Positions 19,217 through 29,867 of a DNA stretch of 64,000 bases are shown here, in pieces (within the stretch, counting starts at the first letter, position 1; each line of letters begins with the position of its first letter). The notes beneath the pieces are model-generated. The model did not search any database. It worked only from the letters and a program-made list of their open reading frames with translations, and had not been told where the DNA came from. Location: IMG/VR virus record IMGVR_UViG_3300028859_000015. One strand, given 5' to 3'. This DNA comes from a virus (lineage: Duplodnaviria > Heunggongvirae > Uroviricota > Caudoviricetes). The position numbers were made by a program, and so were the translations under genes.

Positions 19217-19771
19217 TTAATCCCACAGATTATCAAAGTATTTTATAAAATACTTCATTCCTCTTTCTTTTCTAATTGCCATATCATTATATATCTCATA
19301 TAATGCATGGTTTTTATTGCTTAATAAAGAGTCTCCAGAACTTTTTAAGTTTAAGATAAAATTGTATTCAAAGGCAAATATCATATCATCTAACACTAAT
19401 TCCCAAGACTTATTTTTAGCTTCCTCAGAGTCTTTTTCATTTCTATCGTATGGTTCAACATCATCTGAATAACCATTATGACATTTACGAAGTAATCTTA
19501 ATCTAGGTAAAATAAAATATGAGATAGAAGAATCTAAATTCCACCAATCTCTCTTAATACGATGACTTTCAGATACACAATCTAAAAATAAGTTATATAT
19601 TTCTTTTATATTTCTTCTTATTCCGTAATAAGAAGTCCACGAGTATCCGACAATACCCTGAGATACTAACGACCATCTAATTTCTGGTGGTAATGTTTTA
19701 TAATAGTTTATGGCCTTTCTTTTGGACTTAAATAAAAGAGTTAACCTATGTTTTATATAGATATATTTCAA
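19217..19771 (-). CDS. hypothetical protein
   Basis: 184-aa ORF. Confidence 0.4.
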   Translation of the reverse strand: MKYIYIKHRLTLLFKSKRKAINYYKTLPPEIRWSLVSQGIVGYSWTSYYGIRRNIKEIYNLFLDCVSESHRIKRDWWNLDSSISYFILPRLRLLRKCHNGYSDDVEPYDRNEKDSEEAKNKSWELVLDDMIFAFEYNFILNLKSSGDSLLSNKNHALYEIYNDMAIRKERGMKYFIKYFDNLWD

Positions 19772-20103
19772 ATCTCTAACTCCAATTCTATATTGCCCAT
19801 TTGTTTCATGGCCTCTTTACATCTCTCACAAAATTGTCCGGTTCTTACATGCCATTTAAAACATCTAGGACATTTAGCAATATCTAAAGAATTTCTATGT
19901 TCTGTGAAATACTCTAAACATTTTTGTTTGATACTATCTTCAGAAAGACCTTCCTCATTAATAATTTCAAAGTAATAAATTTGACTATAATTACTAAAAC
20001 AAACTCTATATACATCTCCATATTCATATGCTGATGCTTTAATATCTAACATTTTTTCTTTATTTTTAGAAGCTTTTACTTGAAGTTTCCAGGTTATATT
20101 CAT
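19768..20103 (-). CDS. zinc-ribbon protein
   Basis: CPRCFKWH...CERCKEAM. Confidence 0.4.
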   Translation of the reverse strand: MNITWKLQVKASKNKEKMLDIKASAYEYGDVYRVCFSNYSQIYYFEIINEEGLSEDSIKQKCLEYFTEHRNSLDIAKCPRCFKWHVRTGQFCERCKEAMKQMGNIELELEI

Positions 20104-20471
20104 TTATCATCCTCAATTTCTATTATTTCAAATTCATTTTTTGTTAGTGGCTTTTCTCTATTAATGGCTCTTACTTTAAGTGTATCATACTTAATAAATA
20201 AAGGATGAGTGATACTAATATCTTCTTCTAAATAATAAAACTTTTCTATTGTTTTTCCACAATTAGTTTTTCCAGTTCCCTTTCCTAATCTGTAGCTATC
20301 TATAATTTGACCTGCTCTACCTTTAGTATTTGAAGTAGCTAATTGAGTTTTAGTAGTTTTTTCACAGTATTCCATTAAATAGGTTCCAGAAAGTATATGA
20401 AAAATCTTAAATTTCTTACTTTCTGTAGCTTTATATCCAGCTTCTTTTAATTGTTGTTTAAGAGATTTCAT
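20100..20471 (-). CDS. HIPTG/EFEIIEI family member (long N-terminal extension)
   Basis: ...FHILSGTYLMEY ... NEFEIIEIEDDK. Confidence 0.55.
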   Translation of the reverse strand: MKSLKQQLKEAGYKATESKKFKIFHILSGTYLMEYCEKTTKTQLATSNTKGRAGQIIDSYRLGKGTGKTNCGKTIEKFYYLEEDISITHPLFIKYDTLKVRAINREKPLTKNEFEIIEIEDDK

Positions 20472-20770
20472 ATAATCAGTCTCCTTAAAATACCGCCCAG
20501 TTTAATTCTTTTTAGAATTAGAGGCTGGGCTACGTGGAGGTCTATGGCCTAATATCAACTACTATCCAAAAGTTCCTCCAATAACTTTTCCATTTGAAAT
20601 ATTAGGAAAAAATCTGCTAAAATCTACTCTACACTCTGCTGTAACAATAGTTTCTGGAGGTATTACTGAAACTCCATATTTAAGTGCTTTTCTGATAAAT
20701 GAATCTAAGGTTAACTGTTCCTCTATTAAAAGTCTAATCATACTTTCTCTGAACTGTTCTTGGGAGGACA

Positions 20771-21034
20771 TTAATAGTCTCCTAGAGAATCTGGAAGTTC
20801 AACTATTTCAAATTCATTTCTAATAAGCGGATAAACTATTTTGTTAGTTTCAAAAAAGGAATCATTCTTACTCCAAGTAAACATAGCTTCTAATATCTCT
20901 TCTGGATTAGTAGCATATTTATTTGTTTTAATATTTTTAATATTGTGATTATATAAAATTTCTAAAATAGAAGAATCTTCATAGCCAAATACTAAATACC
21001 TTGCTTCTGGTATATATAAAATCCTATATTTCAT
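20771..21034 (-). CDS. HIPTG/EFEIIEI family member
   Basis: MKYRILYIPEARY ... NEFEIVELPD. Confidence 0.55.
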   Translation of the reverse strand: MKYRILYIPEARYLVFGYEDSSILEILYNHNIKNIKTNKYATNPEEILEAMFTWSKNDSFFETNKIVYPLIRNEFEIVELPDSLGDY

Positions 21035-21035
21035 A

Positions 21036-21347
21036 TTATATTTCTACTATATCAAATTCTAATTTAGTTGTTATCGGACCTGGAATATTGTTATAATTAA
21101 ATATATTTGTCATTAAAGCAAGTTTTCTATCGTCTTTTCTCTTTTCATTATAGGTAAGTCTATGACCAATAAACCATTTGGCTGCCTTTTCTGTTTTAAA
21201 TTCTAAATATTCCCAAGAATCCGAGTATAGATTTATAGTTAGATTTTCTTTTATTTCAGGAGGCATTTTATATAATATTTCATAGCCTATAAAAGGTTCA
21301 ATTTTAAGATAATCACCGCCAGAAGTATAACAAATTATTCTAAACAT
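21036..21347 (-). CDS. divergent HIPTG/EFEIIEI family member
   Basis: MFRIICYTSGGDY ... EFDIVEI. Confidence 0.5.
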   Translation of the reverse strand: MFRIICYTSGGDYLKIEPFIGYEILYKMPPEIKENLTINLYSDSWEYLEFKTEKAAKWFIGHRLTYNEKRKDDRKLALMTNIFNYNNIPGPITTKLEFDIVEI

Positions 21348-21924
21348 TTAAATAAGCTCTATACCGTGAAGATTTGAAAATTCTTTAGTTTCTATCTCTG
21401 TATTAAACGGACCAAAAACTGAAAGTTGTTTTTTAGTATTTTCATCAATAACTAATAGAAAATATTTATATTGAGAAATAACTCCTGATGTGGTAATAAT
21501 TTCTTTTTTTTCAATATATCCCCTGTCTTTGTGAACATGCCTCCCCAAACTACCTAATGTTTGAGGCGGTTTTACGGATAAGTTCATTGGAAGTTTTGTT
21601 CCAATATAGCCACCTAATTTAGATATTGGCATCTTTATTCTCCTCTATTTTTATTATTTCAAAGCACTGACTATCCTCAGTGAGATAGTATTTCTGGCCC
21701 TCATGCTTAATAAAATCTGTGGTAACAGGGGCAAAATATTCTTCCCAACTAGATTTCTTAAACACCTGTAGGGCAGCTTTTTTAGAGGTAAAAAATAAAC
21801 ATTCATAACCTTCTATCCAATATTTAGTTTCTTCCGGAGAAAATAGAGCAGAATTAGGGGAATGATTTTCCTACCTGTGTATACAAATATTCTCCACTTG
21901 GAATAAATAAGATAGCATATTTCA

Positions 21925-22218
21925 TTATTCTATCCTTATAACTTTTCCATAAATAGTATGAGTCCAACCATTATCTCTGTGATGGTTGTTAGATATTAAA
22001 TATCCTTTATTAGAATCTGTTTTTGTAATTAGGTGAGCATCTATTGTTCGGCCAGATACACAGCAAAATACTATATCCCCTACTTCGTAATATTCTTGTT
22101 TTTGAAAAGTTAAGAGGCTACCACTTTTTATAATAGGCATCATAGAATTTCCAAAGCATTTCATTTTACCAGTTCCTACAGTGACTAACTCATTTTTGAG
22201 CCTTTCATATTTATTCAT
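21925..22218 (-). CDS. S24 (LexA/UmuD-like) peptidase domain protein
   Basis: GNSMMPIIKSGSLLTF ... GDIVFCCVSGRT resembles the S24 Ser-Lys dyad peptidase core. No HTH domain. Confidence 0.5.
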   Translation of the reverse strand: MNKYERLKNELVTVGTGKMKCFGNSMMPIIKSGSLLTFQKQEYYEVGDIVFCCVSGRTIDAHLITKTDSNKGYLISNNHHRDNGWTHTIYGKVIRIE

Positions 22219-22498
22219 TTATTTTTATTACCTCAAATAAACTTCTATTTTTAAGACTACAAAGTGAAATTTCCTCTCCATTCATTACTACATAAGAATC
22301 ACCATTCCTACAGTCCTTACTTTTCCAATAAGTATTACAAAATATAACTTCAGCATCTTTTTTGGAGGGAAATAAAGCCAATTCTACATCATCTATACAG
22401 TGGGTTCTTACTTCCTCTTCTGAAAATATAAATCCGTTATGGATAGCTGTTCCAATATATAAATAATCTCCTGTTAAGATATTCAAAATAGCATACAT
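22211..22498 (-). CDS. divergent HIPTG/EFEIIEI family member
   Basis: MYAILNILTGDYLY ... LFEVIKINE. Confidence 0.5.
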   Translation of the reverse strand: MYAILNILTGDYLYIGTAIHNGFIFSEEEVRTHCIDDVELALFPSKKDAEVIFCNTYWKSKDCRNGDSYVVMNGEEISLCSLKNRSLFEVIKINE

Positions 22499-22816
22499 TA
22501 AAACTCATCCATTTCAGAGGAATAATAAAAAATATTCTTAGCTTCTTTACATTCCGGAGGAAGAGCAGTAACTACTTGCTTCCTCATTTTATCATATACT
22601 AAAACTATCTCAGTATTTTTATATACTACAAGATGAACAGTAATTCTATTACTTTGCTTTGCCAAAAATTTCACTTCTTTTTTATCATTGTTTTTAATTT
22701 TTCCTATCAAACACTCACAATCAGTATCAGTTAGAGTTAAATTATATCTTTGAAGAAGCCGTTTTTTAAAGTGTTTTCTTTCTTGGTCTCGTTTGTTCAT
22801 GTTCCTTTATTTTTCA

Positions 22817-23104
22817 TTAGTCATCAGCTACTAATTCAAAATAGCTTAATGGAATTGGGTTAGCTTCATCATAGCCTACTATATCTATGTCAGCAAAAGT
22901 ATATAATTTTGTATAAAATCTTATGTGAGATACTGCTTCAATAATTTCTTGAATTGATGTACTTGTTTTATAAATTTTATTATAACTATAAGTATAAGCT
23001 TCTATTGAATCTAAAGGAGAAAGTATTCCCACTGAGGGAATTTTAAAAAATCTTACATACTTACCACTAGGAATATATAAAAGTTCTTTCATACTAGATA
23101 TCAA
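22817..23104 (-). CDS. HIPTG/EFEIIEI family member (LLYIP subgroup)
   Basis: ELLYIPSGKYV ... YFELVADD. Confidence 0.5.
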   Translation of the reverse strand: MISSMKELLYIPSGKYVRFFKIPSVGILSPLDSIEAYTYSYNKIYKTSTSIQEIIEAVSHIRFYTKLYTFADIDIVGYDEANPIPLSYFELVADD

Positions 23105-23357
23105 CTACTTCAAACATTTCTCTTGTTATATATGAACTGTATAAATCATATCTAGCATAAAAATTATTGCTAAATTGTTCAGATGTTATGGCCCCTATAA
23201 CAGAACTTTCAGTTAATTTATTTCCATTAGTCCAAGTTAATTTGTTATAGTCATCATTATTGTTTCTAACCTTTATGTATTCTTCTATGGAATATTCTTT
23301 GCCGTCTATATTTATAGTAATAAACTTACTATCTGGAATATATAAAAGTTGTCTCAT
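23094..23357 (-). CDS. HIPTG/EFEIIEI family member (LLYIP subgroup)
   Basis: MRQLLYIPDSKF ... MFEVVDI. Confidence 0.5.
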   Translation of the reverse strand: MRQLLYIPDSKFITINIDGKEYSIEEYIKVRNNNDDYNKLTWTNGNKLTESSVIGAITSEQFSNNFYARYDLYSSYITREMFEVVDI

Positions 23358-23578
23358 TTATTTATTATCTCAAAATGATTTTTTTCTAATTGGTCTTTAG
23401 ATGGTAAACCGTTTCTATCAAAAAAAGTATCACTAAATGTACCGTCTAATATTTTATTTATCACAAACTGCTCAGATACGTTCCATTTTTTAGTGTATTC
23501 TTCTAAAGAACCCATAGTATTCTCTTTAATATAAAAAGAAATATAATTACTATTAGGAATGTAAAGTAGCTGTTTCAT
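23354..23578 (-). CDS. HIPTG/EFEIIEI family member (LLYIP subgroup)
   Basis: MKQLLYIPNSNY ... HFEIINK. Confidence 0.5.
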   Translation of the reverse strand: MKQLLYIPNSNYISFYIKENTMGSLEEYTKKWNVSEQFVINKILDGTFSDTFFDRNGLPSKDQLEKNHFEIINK

Positions 23579-23588
23579 TAGTTCTCTC

Positions 23589-23978
23589 CTAGTCCCATTT
23601 ATGAGTTATAACATTTTCTGAATAAGCATTTTGTAATGGAATACTTATTTCCTCATCATATACCCTAGAAGTAACACAATGACATACTCTACACTCCCAC
23701 ATAAAATTAAACCAAAGTTTCAATTGTCTCCTCTTAAAAACCGAAGCTGGTAGCCACTTACAACAAGTTCTGTCAGGTTTATACTTATCTCGGCAAAAGC
23801 TATCCTGCCTATCAACTCTTTTTTTCCATTTATTTTGTACATTCCGTGAAATTTTACCTGTAATCTTAAATTTTATACTTAGGTGTTTAATCTTAGCTAA
23901 ACAAATTAGTAAATCATTTTCTTCTATTTTTTTATTTACTCGTAATATTTTTTCTTTGTATTTATTCTTTTTTTTCAT
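23589..23978 (-). CDS. Cys-rich hypothetical protein
   Basis: 129 aa with multiple Cys/His (CRDKYKPDRTCCKW...CRVCHC). Confidence 0.4.
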   Translation of the reverse strand: MKKKNKYKEKILRVNKKIEENDLLICLAKIKHLSIKFKITGKISRNVQNKWKKRVDRQDSFCRDKYKPDRTCCKWLPASVFKRRQLKLWFNFMWECRVCHCVTSRVYDEEISIPLQNAYSENVITHKWD

Positions 23979-23981
23979 TCT

Positions 23982-24236
23982 TTATACCTCAACTATAGCT
24001 AAGGATTCTGTATCAACCTTATGAAAGATACAAATAGTTTCTGAGAGTCTATATCTATAACAAGCTGCGTTATCTGACTCTTCTAATCTCTCTATAGCCT
24101 GTTTCTCATTATGTGCTTTATATATATGATGGTTACTGTGTCCATATATTGTTAACTCATATTCAGTATATAACGACACATTATTCTCTACTTCATATAA
24201 AAATTCTCCAGTTTCTATAACTAATATACTATACAT
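23982..24236 (-). CDS. HIPTG/EFEIIEI family member (MYRIL-like)
   Basis: MYSILVIETGEFLY ... LAIVEV. Confidence 0.55.
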   Translation of the reverse strand: MYSILVIETGEFLYEVENNVSLYTEYELTIYGHSNHHIYKAHNEKQAIERLEESDNAACYRYRLSETICIFHKVDTESLAIVEV

Positions 24237-24834
24237 TATTATAATTCATAATATTTATTAAAATATCATCCAATTTAACTGGTTTAAAGTTATTGGCATC
24301 TACTCCAACATCGTACATTCTCTCTCTTTTCATTGTAATCTTAGAATGTTGGTGGCCATGTAATAAATACTGTCCAAAATCTTTAATATGATACTGTCTA
24401 TATTTTTCATCAAATGGTAAAATAATGTTATCCTCAAAAGGAAAATGGCTTAACTGTATTTTAGAAATATCATATGTAGGAAATGGTATTTCATTATCCA
24501 TTAAAACTTGAACCAAAGAAATATTTTCAGAATAAACCTTTAAAAATCCAGCCTCTAAATATTTTTGTGTCCATAAAGGCTGATAAAATGGTTTATCATG
24601 ATTTCCTACAATCAGAAAATGACTACCATTTAACTGCTTAACCATTTTAAGACTTTCATCTACTTTTCCCATACAAATATCACCTAAATGTATACAAGAA
24701 TCTGTATCTTTAACTAAGATATTAAAATTATTAATTATAGTCTCATTCATTTCTTCCTTACTTAGAAAAGGCCTATTTGCTAGAGCCAATATATTTTTAT
24801 GATTTAAATGCTCATCAGATGTGAAATAAATCAC
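24229..24834 (-). CDS. calcineurin-like metallophosphoesterase
   Basis: SDEHLNH, GDICMG, GNHD motifs. Confidence 0.75.
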   Translation of the reverse strand: MIYFTSDEHLNHKNILALANRPFLSKEEMNETIINNFNILVKDTDSCIHLGDICMGKVDESLKMVKQLNGSHFLIVGNHDKPFYQPLWTQKYLEAGFLKVYSENISLVQVLMDNEIPFPTYDISKIQLSHFPFEDNIILPFDEKYRQYHIKDFGQYLLHGHQHSKITMKRERMYDVGVDANNFKPVKLDDILINIMNYNNV

Positions 24835-25219
24835 TAATACCTCCCTATATTTGATAAAGTTAACTATACCTTAATCTATGTTCTATCATTTTTAAGATTA
24901 TAGCATCTTGTATTTTATCTAATACAAGAATATTATTATTAGTTATTAACTTTTCTATACCTTTATAAGTGAAATGTAATTGTTTATTAGTAAATTTATC
25001 TAAAATTACATTATAATTACAAAGCCATATACCATACATTTAACTATACCTCAATCTATATTCTATAGCTTTTAAATATACAGCACAATTTATTCTATTA
25101 GATACTGGAAGATATCTGTCTTTTATCCACCTAGAATATATCTCATAAGAGTAAAGTAATCTTATAACTTTCATACTATTTAACATTAATACATTGTCTT
25201 CTAGTAGAAAACTGTTCAT

Positions 25220-26551
25220 TTAAATATCAATTACTGATTGCTCATCTTCAATATTAGTATTACCTTTGTCTGCTTCTTCTGTTTCAGCCTTCATTCTAAA
25301 TCTAAAATTCTTAAGTTTGTAAGACCTACGTTCAAATAGATTATCTACAGAAAGCACTATTCCTTCTTCTGGAACTTTATTATTACAATAAGGACAGTCA
25401 GCATCCAACATAAAAGTGCTTGTAAGCAACCCTAGAAAATTTTCATGCCAGTGTTGACTTACTGGAATTTGAGGGAAATAATCTTTTGCTTTACCATAAT
25501 AAAAAGTATTAGGCATTTCAAATCCATAAGTCTTACAAAAATCAGTAATTTGTGACCACGAAAACTCAATTACTTTACCATCATAATTTGTAGAAGTAAT
25601 TCTATACACTAGAAGTTTATATGTTTTAGGAGCACAGCCATAATCAAAGGCTACTCCCTTGGCTTCTTGAATAGCTCTACCAGAAGGAAGAAAGCCAACA
25701 CACTCTCCATATAGTGTAATGCCTTTAGGAATTAGGTGTTTAATAGACTCAGCAATTTCTCCCCATAAATCCATTCCATAAAAATGACTTGGGTTAGCAT
25801 TTATAAATGAATTTTTTACAACTTTTCTACTGCTATAAATGATACCATAGTTTAACTCATCTCCAATTCCAAGCCAGGACGTTATTTTTTGTTTCCATTT
25901 AGGTATAATTTTCTTAAATAAGACATTACCAACAGCCCAAGAAGTTCCATGATACTTAGATGAAATGCTAATAATGTCATCTGGATTGATATTATCAATC
26001 TCTTTGGCTAGCATTCCAGTATCATTCATTAGTCGATATTGATTTTCAACTACTCTATTTACTTTTACTGACTTCTTATTTTTCTTTTTACCACTATCAG
26101 ATTGCCCTGTATTTTCTTTTCCTTGGATAATGTATTTTTCGCAAACTATCTTACCATCAATAATATTAAAGTCATCTCCAATATTAAAAGTAAAGTCTCC
26201 TAGATAGTTTAAAGAATCAAGAGTAATGAAAAAACCAGATGACTTAAATTTACCATTAATCATTTTACAACATTTAACTCTTCCACTAATTTCAAAAAAT
26301 CCACTTTTAGTAGTATCTTTATTAAGAGTCTTATCTTTATACAAATTATTATTAGATAGAAAATCTTTACTCAATTTAGTTTCAATTGGAAAAAACAATC
26401 CAATATCATTTACTTTAGTATTCTTTCCAACAATGACGGAATTACCAAAAATAATAGCATGTTGAATAGTTTTAGCACCTTCTAATTCTATAAGAGTATT
26501 AATCCTTACTACACTAGCACAATAATTTTTATCTTTAACTTCCAGCTTCAT
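25220..26551 (-). CDS. Rnl2-type RNA ligase (covalent nucleotidyltransferase superfamily)
   Basis: Motif I SKYHGTS (KxHGT as in T4 Rnl2). Motif IV-like EGIVLS. Motif V-like KLK. 443 aa. Confidence 0.6.
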   Translation of the reverse strand: MKLEVKDKNYCASVVRINTLIELEGAKTIQHAIIFGNSVIVGKNTKVNDIGLFFPIETKLSKDFLSNNNLYKDKTLNKDTTKSGFFEISGRVKCCKMINGKFKSSGFFITLDSLNYLGDFTFNIGDDFNIIDGKIVCEKYIIQGKENTGQSDSGKKKNKKSVKVNRVVENQYRLMNDTGMLAKEIDNINPDDIISISSKYHGTSWAVGNVLFKKIIPKWKQKITSWLGIGDELNYGIIYSSRKVVKNSFINANPSHFYGMDLWGEIAESIKHLIPKGITLYGECVGFLPSGRAIQEAKGVAFDYGCAPKTYKLLVYRITSTNYDGKVIEFSWSQITDFCKTYGFEMPNTFYYGKAKDYFPQIPVSQHWHENFLGLLTSTFMLDADCPYCNNKVPEEGIVLSVDNLFERRSYKLKNFRFRMKAETEEADKGNTNIEDEQSVIDI

Positions 26552-26574
26552 TTTTTCTCCTATTAGAGTTAGTG

Positions 26575-26844
26575 TTAGGTATCTATTAGCTCAAATTCAG
26601 ATTCTAATATTGGTTTAGAAGTATCAATCTCAGCACTTTTATAAGTAGTCTCAGTATAACGTCCTTCATAAAAAGCTTTAAGTATATTATCATAAGAAGT
26701 TTCCCAAATAACATGAAAACTATCAGTATGGTTATCCATAAGCTTGGCTTTGGCTAGACAGCTTGTTAAATATTCCTCTATAGAGACTTGACCACAATTA
26801 AATTTTACATATCTACCACTTGGTATATATAATAGTTCTTTCAT
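26575..26844 (-). CDS. HIPTG/EFEIIEI family member (LLYIP subgroup)
   Basis: MKELLYIPSGRYV ... SEFELIDT. Confidence 0.5.
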   Translation of the reverse strand: MKELLYIPSGRYVKFNCGQVSIEEYLTSCLAKAKLMDNHTDSFHVIWETSYDNILKAFYEGRYTETTYKSAEIDTSKPILESEFELIDT

Positions 26845-27590
26845 GGGCCTCCAATTTAAGGTCTATTTATGGTAAATTATTATAATAATCTAAACCTAAA
26901 TAAGGGTCTGTATAATAAACATCCACAATAAGATTTCTTATTTTATCTTCTATTTCATTCAGAGTAAAAGTCTCTTCATAAAAATCTTCCATAACTATCC
27001 CCATCTTAGTAACTTAAGATTAATTCATATAACTTAGTTATAATCAATATATCCGCAAAGTATTAGTCTGCGGATATTTTCATTATAATGTCATTATCTT
27101 TTTTAAATCTACTTTAAATAATTTTATCTCTGGCATTTTTCTTACTTCACTAATTGATAATTTTATTTTTTGTAGCCTACCAAAACTCCAAAAACTATTA
27201 TCGGTCTTGTCAAAGCGTATAATATTAGATTCGTTTAAGCATACAAAAACAGTATTATCTATCATTTTTTGACGTTCTTCTTCATACAAGAATTTATAAC
27301 AAGTAATAGAAGAACCTAAGGCACAACTCATAATAACTAACGAAGTACTGGTAAAATTACAAACTTACTTTGTTTAACACTTTTACGTTCTTTGGCTATT
27401 TCTTTATCTTTCTTTTTTTCTTCTTTTAAAAATTCTTTGTGCTCTTTAGTATCAACTTTACTCATGCGAATATCCCTCTCAGCATTTCTCCGAAAACGGT
27501 AGAAATATTAATATCTTCTTCATGAGAAGGTTTTTTAGTATTTATTAATTCTTTTTTAATTTTCTTTTTATTCTTTCGTATACTTGTCAT

Positions 27591-29378
27591 TTATTTAGAT
27601 AAAACTGTATTAAAATCCTCTACTTGAGCAATAATTGACAAGAAATCTCTCACGTCAGGAGTCTTTTTATTAGCCTTATGTGCGAGCGCCGTTACAAGTC
27701 GAATACAGTTCTTAATCTGACGACCATTAAGATTAGCTGAGGCTACCTTGTCAATATTTTTAGAGCTTAATGTAATGTTATAAAGCTTTAGATGATTGGT
27801 CCAAATCTGTTTACGTGCCTCGTCAGAAAGATCTGGATATTTGATAGCAAGACTAATACGAGAATAAAAAGCACTATCAATGTTAGTTACCCGGTTGGTA
27901 GTTAAAAATAGAATTCCATTATAATACTCTAACAAACGTAAAAATACTCCAACAAGAGCATTACGCTCAATATTCAAATCACGCTTCTCAATAAAAATAT
28001 CAACTTCGTCAATAAGAAGAACAGCATTCCAAGAAGAAGCAATCTCAAGAATATTTCGAAGATTACTATCCAAAGTTTTTACATTTGTACCAAGCTCACC
28101 AACAGAAACCATATAAAGGGGTCTGTGAAGTGTTTCGGAAATCGCTTCGGCCGTAAGAGTTTTACCATTTCCTGGTTTTCCATGAAGTAGGAAAATACAC
28201 CCACCGCCTTTGTTATCAACAATGTCTTTACTTTCACCACTATATTCAGCAAGTGAGAACATAGTATCTTTAGTTTCTTGGTTTAGTACCAACTTACTAT
28301 AAGCATCAGTTCTAAATGAAATATCAGAAATAGAATCGATTTTAAATTCTCCCCATTGCTTGGCAACTAACGAAAAACCATAACAATAAGGAGACATTAC
28401 TAGATATTGACTTTCTGTAATATTCTCTTCTGAGATTCTTTCTTTGAATCTCTTATTTCCATTTCTATCTATATTACCATTGCCACCAAAGTATTTATCA
28501 TAATTTGGATCAGAACGCATCATTCCAGACCTATCAAGAACAACTCTTCCTGTGGAGTTGAATAGAGAGTTCTTATACCAATTTCTACGAACCATACTAC
28601 CTGTATATTGTCCGTAAAAAGAAGTATTTTGATGAAGTTTAAAACACTTCCTGCCTCTTTCAATAAGTTTATTACGTTCTTCCGGATAATCATCTAACTT
28701 AGTTATACCAATTTCAGATAGCATCTTATCTCTAGAATAGAAACCAACTGCTGTAGAATATTCACCAGATGAAAATTCTATTCCATTATGAATAATAATA
28801 GAACCTGAAATATTTAAATAGGTTCCAAAGAAAGACGTAATAATAGATGCCTCTTTAAGAATAAAGCCAACCGTTACTCCATCCTCAGAAAAGGCATATT
28901 CCTCTCCCTTTTTAAGAACGTAAGGAAGACTTTGAAATGGAACTTTAGTGTCCTTATTAGCTCCAGCGTATATAATTGCTAACTCTGCCTCATACTTTTT
29001 AATTGCCTTAATAAAATTAGACCACTCTGGTTTATTGACCACATTATTAAGCCATTGATTTTCAGTACCGTCATTAATTAAATCAAAAATAGAGTATCTA
29101 CAACTAATAAGCTTAATATCCTTACTCTTATCAGCATCATCAATTATATGTGAAGTGATAATAAGATTGGAATCATACTCCATCATAGTTTGCTTAATAA
29201 AATTAGAATTGATTTGTATACGGGCTTTAAAAATATCCTGGTCACTAATGACAACAAAGGCCTCTGTCTTAGGTGCTTTTGTAGTAGTTTTTGTAGCTTT
29301 TTTAGAGATTAGTTTACCAATCAAAATATTCTCCTCATTTATATTTCCTGAAGCTTTGTTTTTAGAAGTAGTCGTCAT
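27591..29378 (-). CDS. classic-clade AAA+ ATPase with ~370-aa N-terminal domain of unknown function
   Basis: Walker A HGKPGNGKT, Walker B LLIDEVD, SRH-like TTNRVTNIDSAFYSR. 595 aa. Confidence 0.7.
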   Translation of the reverse strand: MTTTSKNKASGNINEENILIGKLISKKATKTTTKAPKTEAFVVISDQDIFKARIQINSNFIKQTMMEYDSNLIITSHIIDDADKSKDIKLISCRYSIFDLINDGTENQWLNNVVNKPEWSNFIKAIKKYEAELAIIYAGANKDTKVPFQSLPYVLKKGEEYAFSEDGVTVGFILKEASIITSFFGTYLNISGSIIIHNGIEFSSGEYSTAVGFYSRDKMLSEIGITKLDDYPEERNKLIERGRKCFKLHQNTSFYGQYTGSMVRRNWYKNSLFNSTGRVVLDRSGMMRSDPNYDKYFGGNGNIDRNGNKRFKERISEENITESQYLVMSPYCYGFSLVAKQWGEFKIDSISDISFRTDAYSKLVLNQETKDTMFSLAEYSGESKDIVDNKGGGCIFLLHGKPGNGKTLTAEAISETLHRPLYMVSVGELGTNVKTLDSNLRNILEIASSWNAVLLIDEVDIFIEKRDLNIERNALVGVFLRLLEYYNGILFLTTNRVTNIDSAFYSRISLAIKYPDLSDEARKQIWTNHLKLYNITLSSKNIDKVASANLNGRQIKNCIRLVTALAHKANKKTPDVRDFLSIIAQVEDFNTVLSK

Positions 29379-29459
29379 CTTTTCTCCAAAAAATCCATGA
29401 AAAAACCCTAATAGCTATACCATTATAACTATTAGGGAGTGTTAAACTTATAAGTATTT

Positions 29460-29867
29460 CTATTCTTTGGTATTTTCTACTTCTGAGCTATTCGTTCCAG
29501 GCAAGCAACAGTCTCCATTTTCAAAAGCTTCCTGACAGTTTTCACAATTCTCATCACACGTTCCAGAATAGCTATCTTCCTTATTTAACTCTTCAAAAAG
29601 TTCCTTTGCTGTGCTAAATCTTGGAGTAGACTTATTGTCCAGCATTTCATCACACTCTTTCATTGCCTCAATAGTTTCTTGATTTGGGATTAATTCTCTA
29701 TTGTATTCAGCTATTTCTTCATCTAATAATTCAGCAATTGGTGCTGAATATGGTGAAGTCATATTAGAAAATCCTGGAAAACATGAAACCAAATAAGCAT
29801 CATGAGTCTTAACTCGCTGAAGATGATTACCACGTTTAGTAGTTCTATTATTTTTTGATTTTGACAT
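29460..29867 (-). CDS. acidic Cys-rich hypothetical protein
   Basis: SD AAGGAG upstream. C-terminal CDENCENCQEAFENGDCC. Confidence 0.45.
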   Translation of the reverse strand: MSKSKNNRTTKRGNHLQRVKTHDAYLVSCFPGFSNMTSPYSAPIAELLDEEIAEYNRELIPNQETIEAMKECDEMLDNKSTPRFSTAKELFEELNKEDSYSGTCDENCENCQEAFENGDCCLPGTNSSEVENTKE

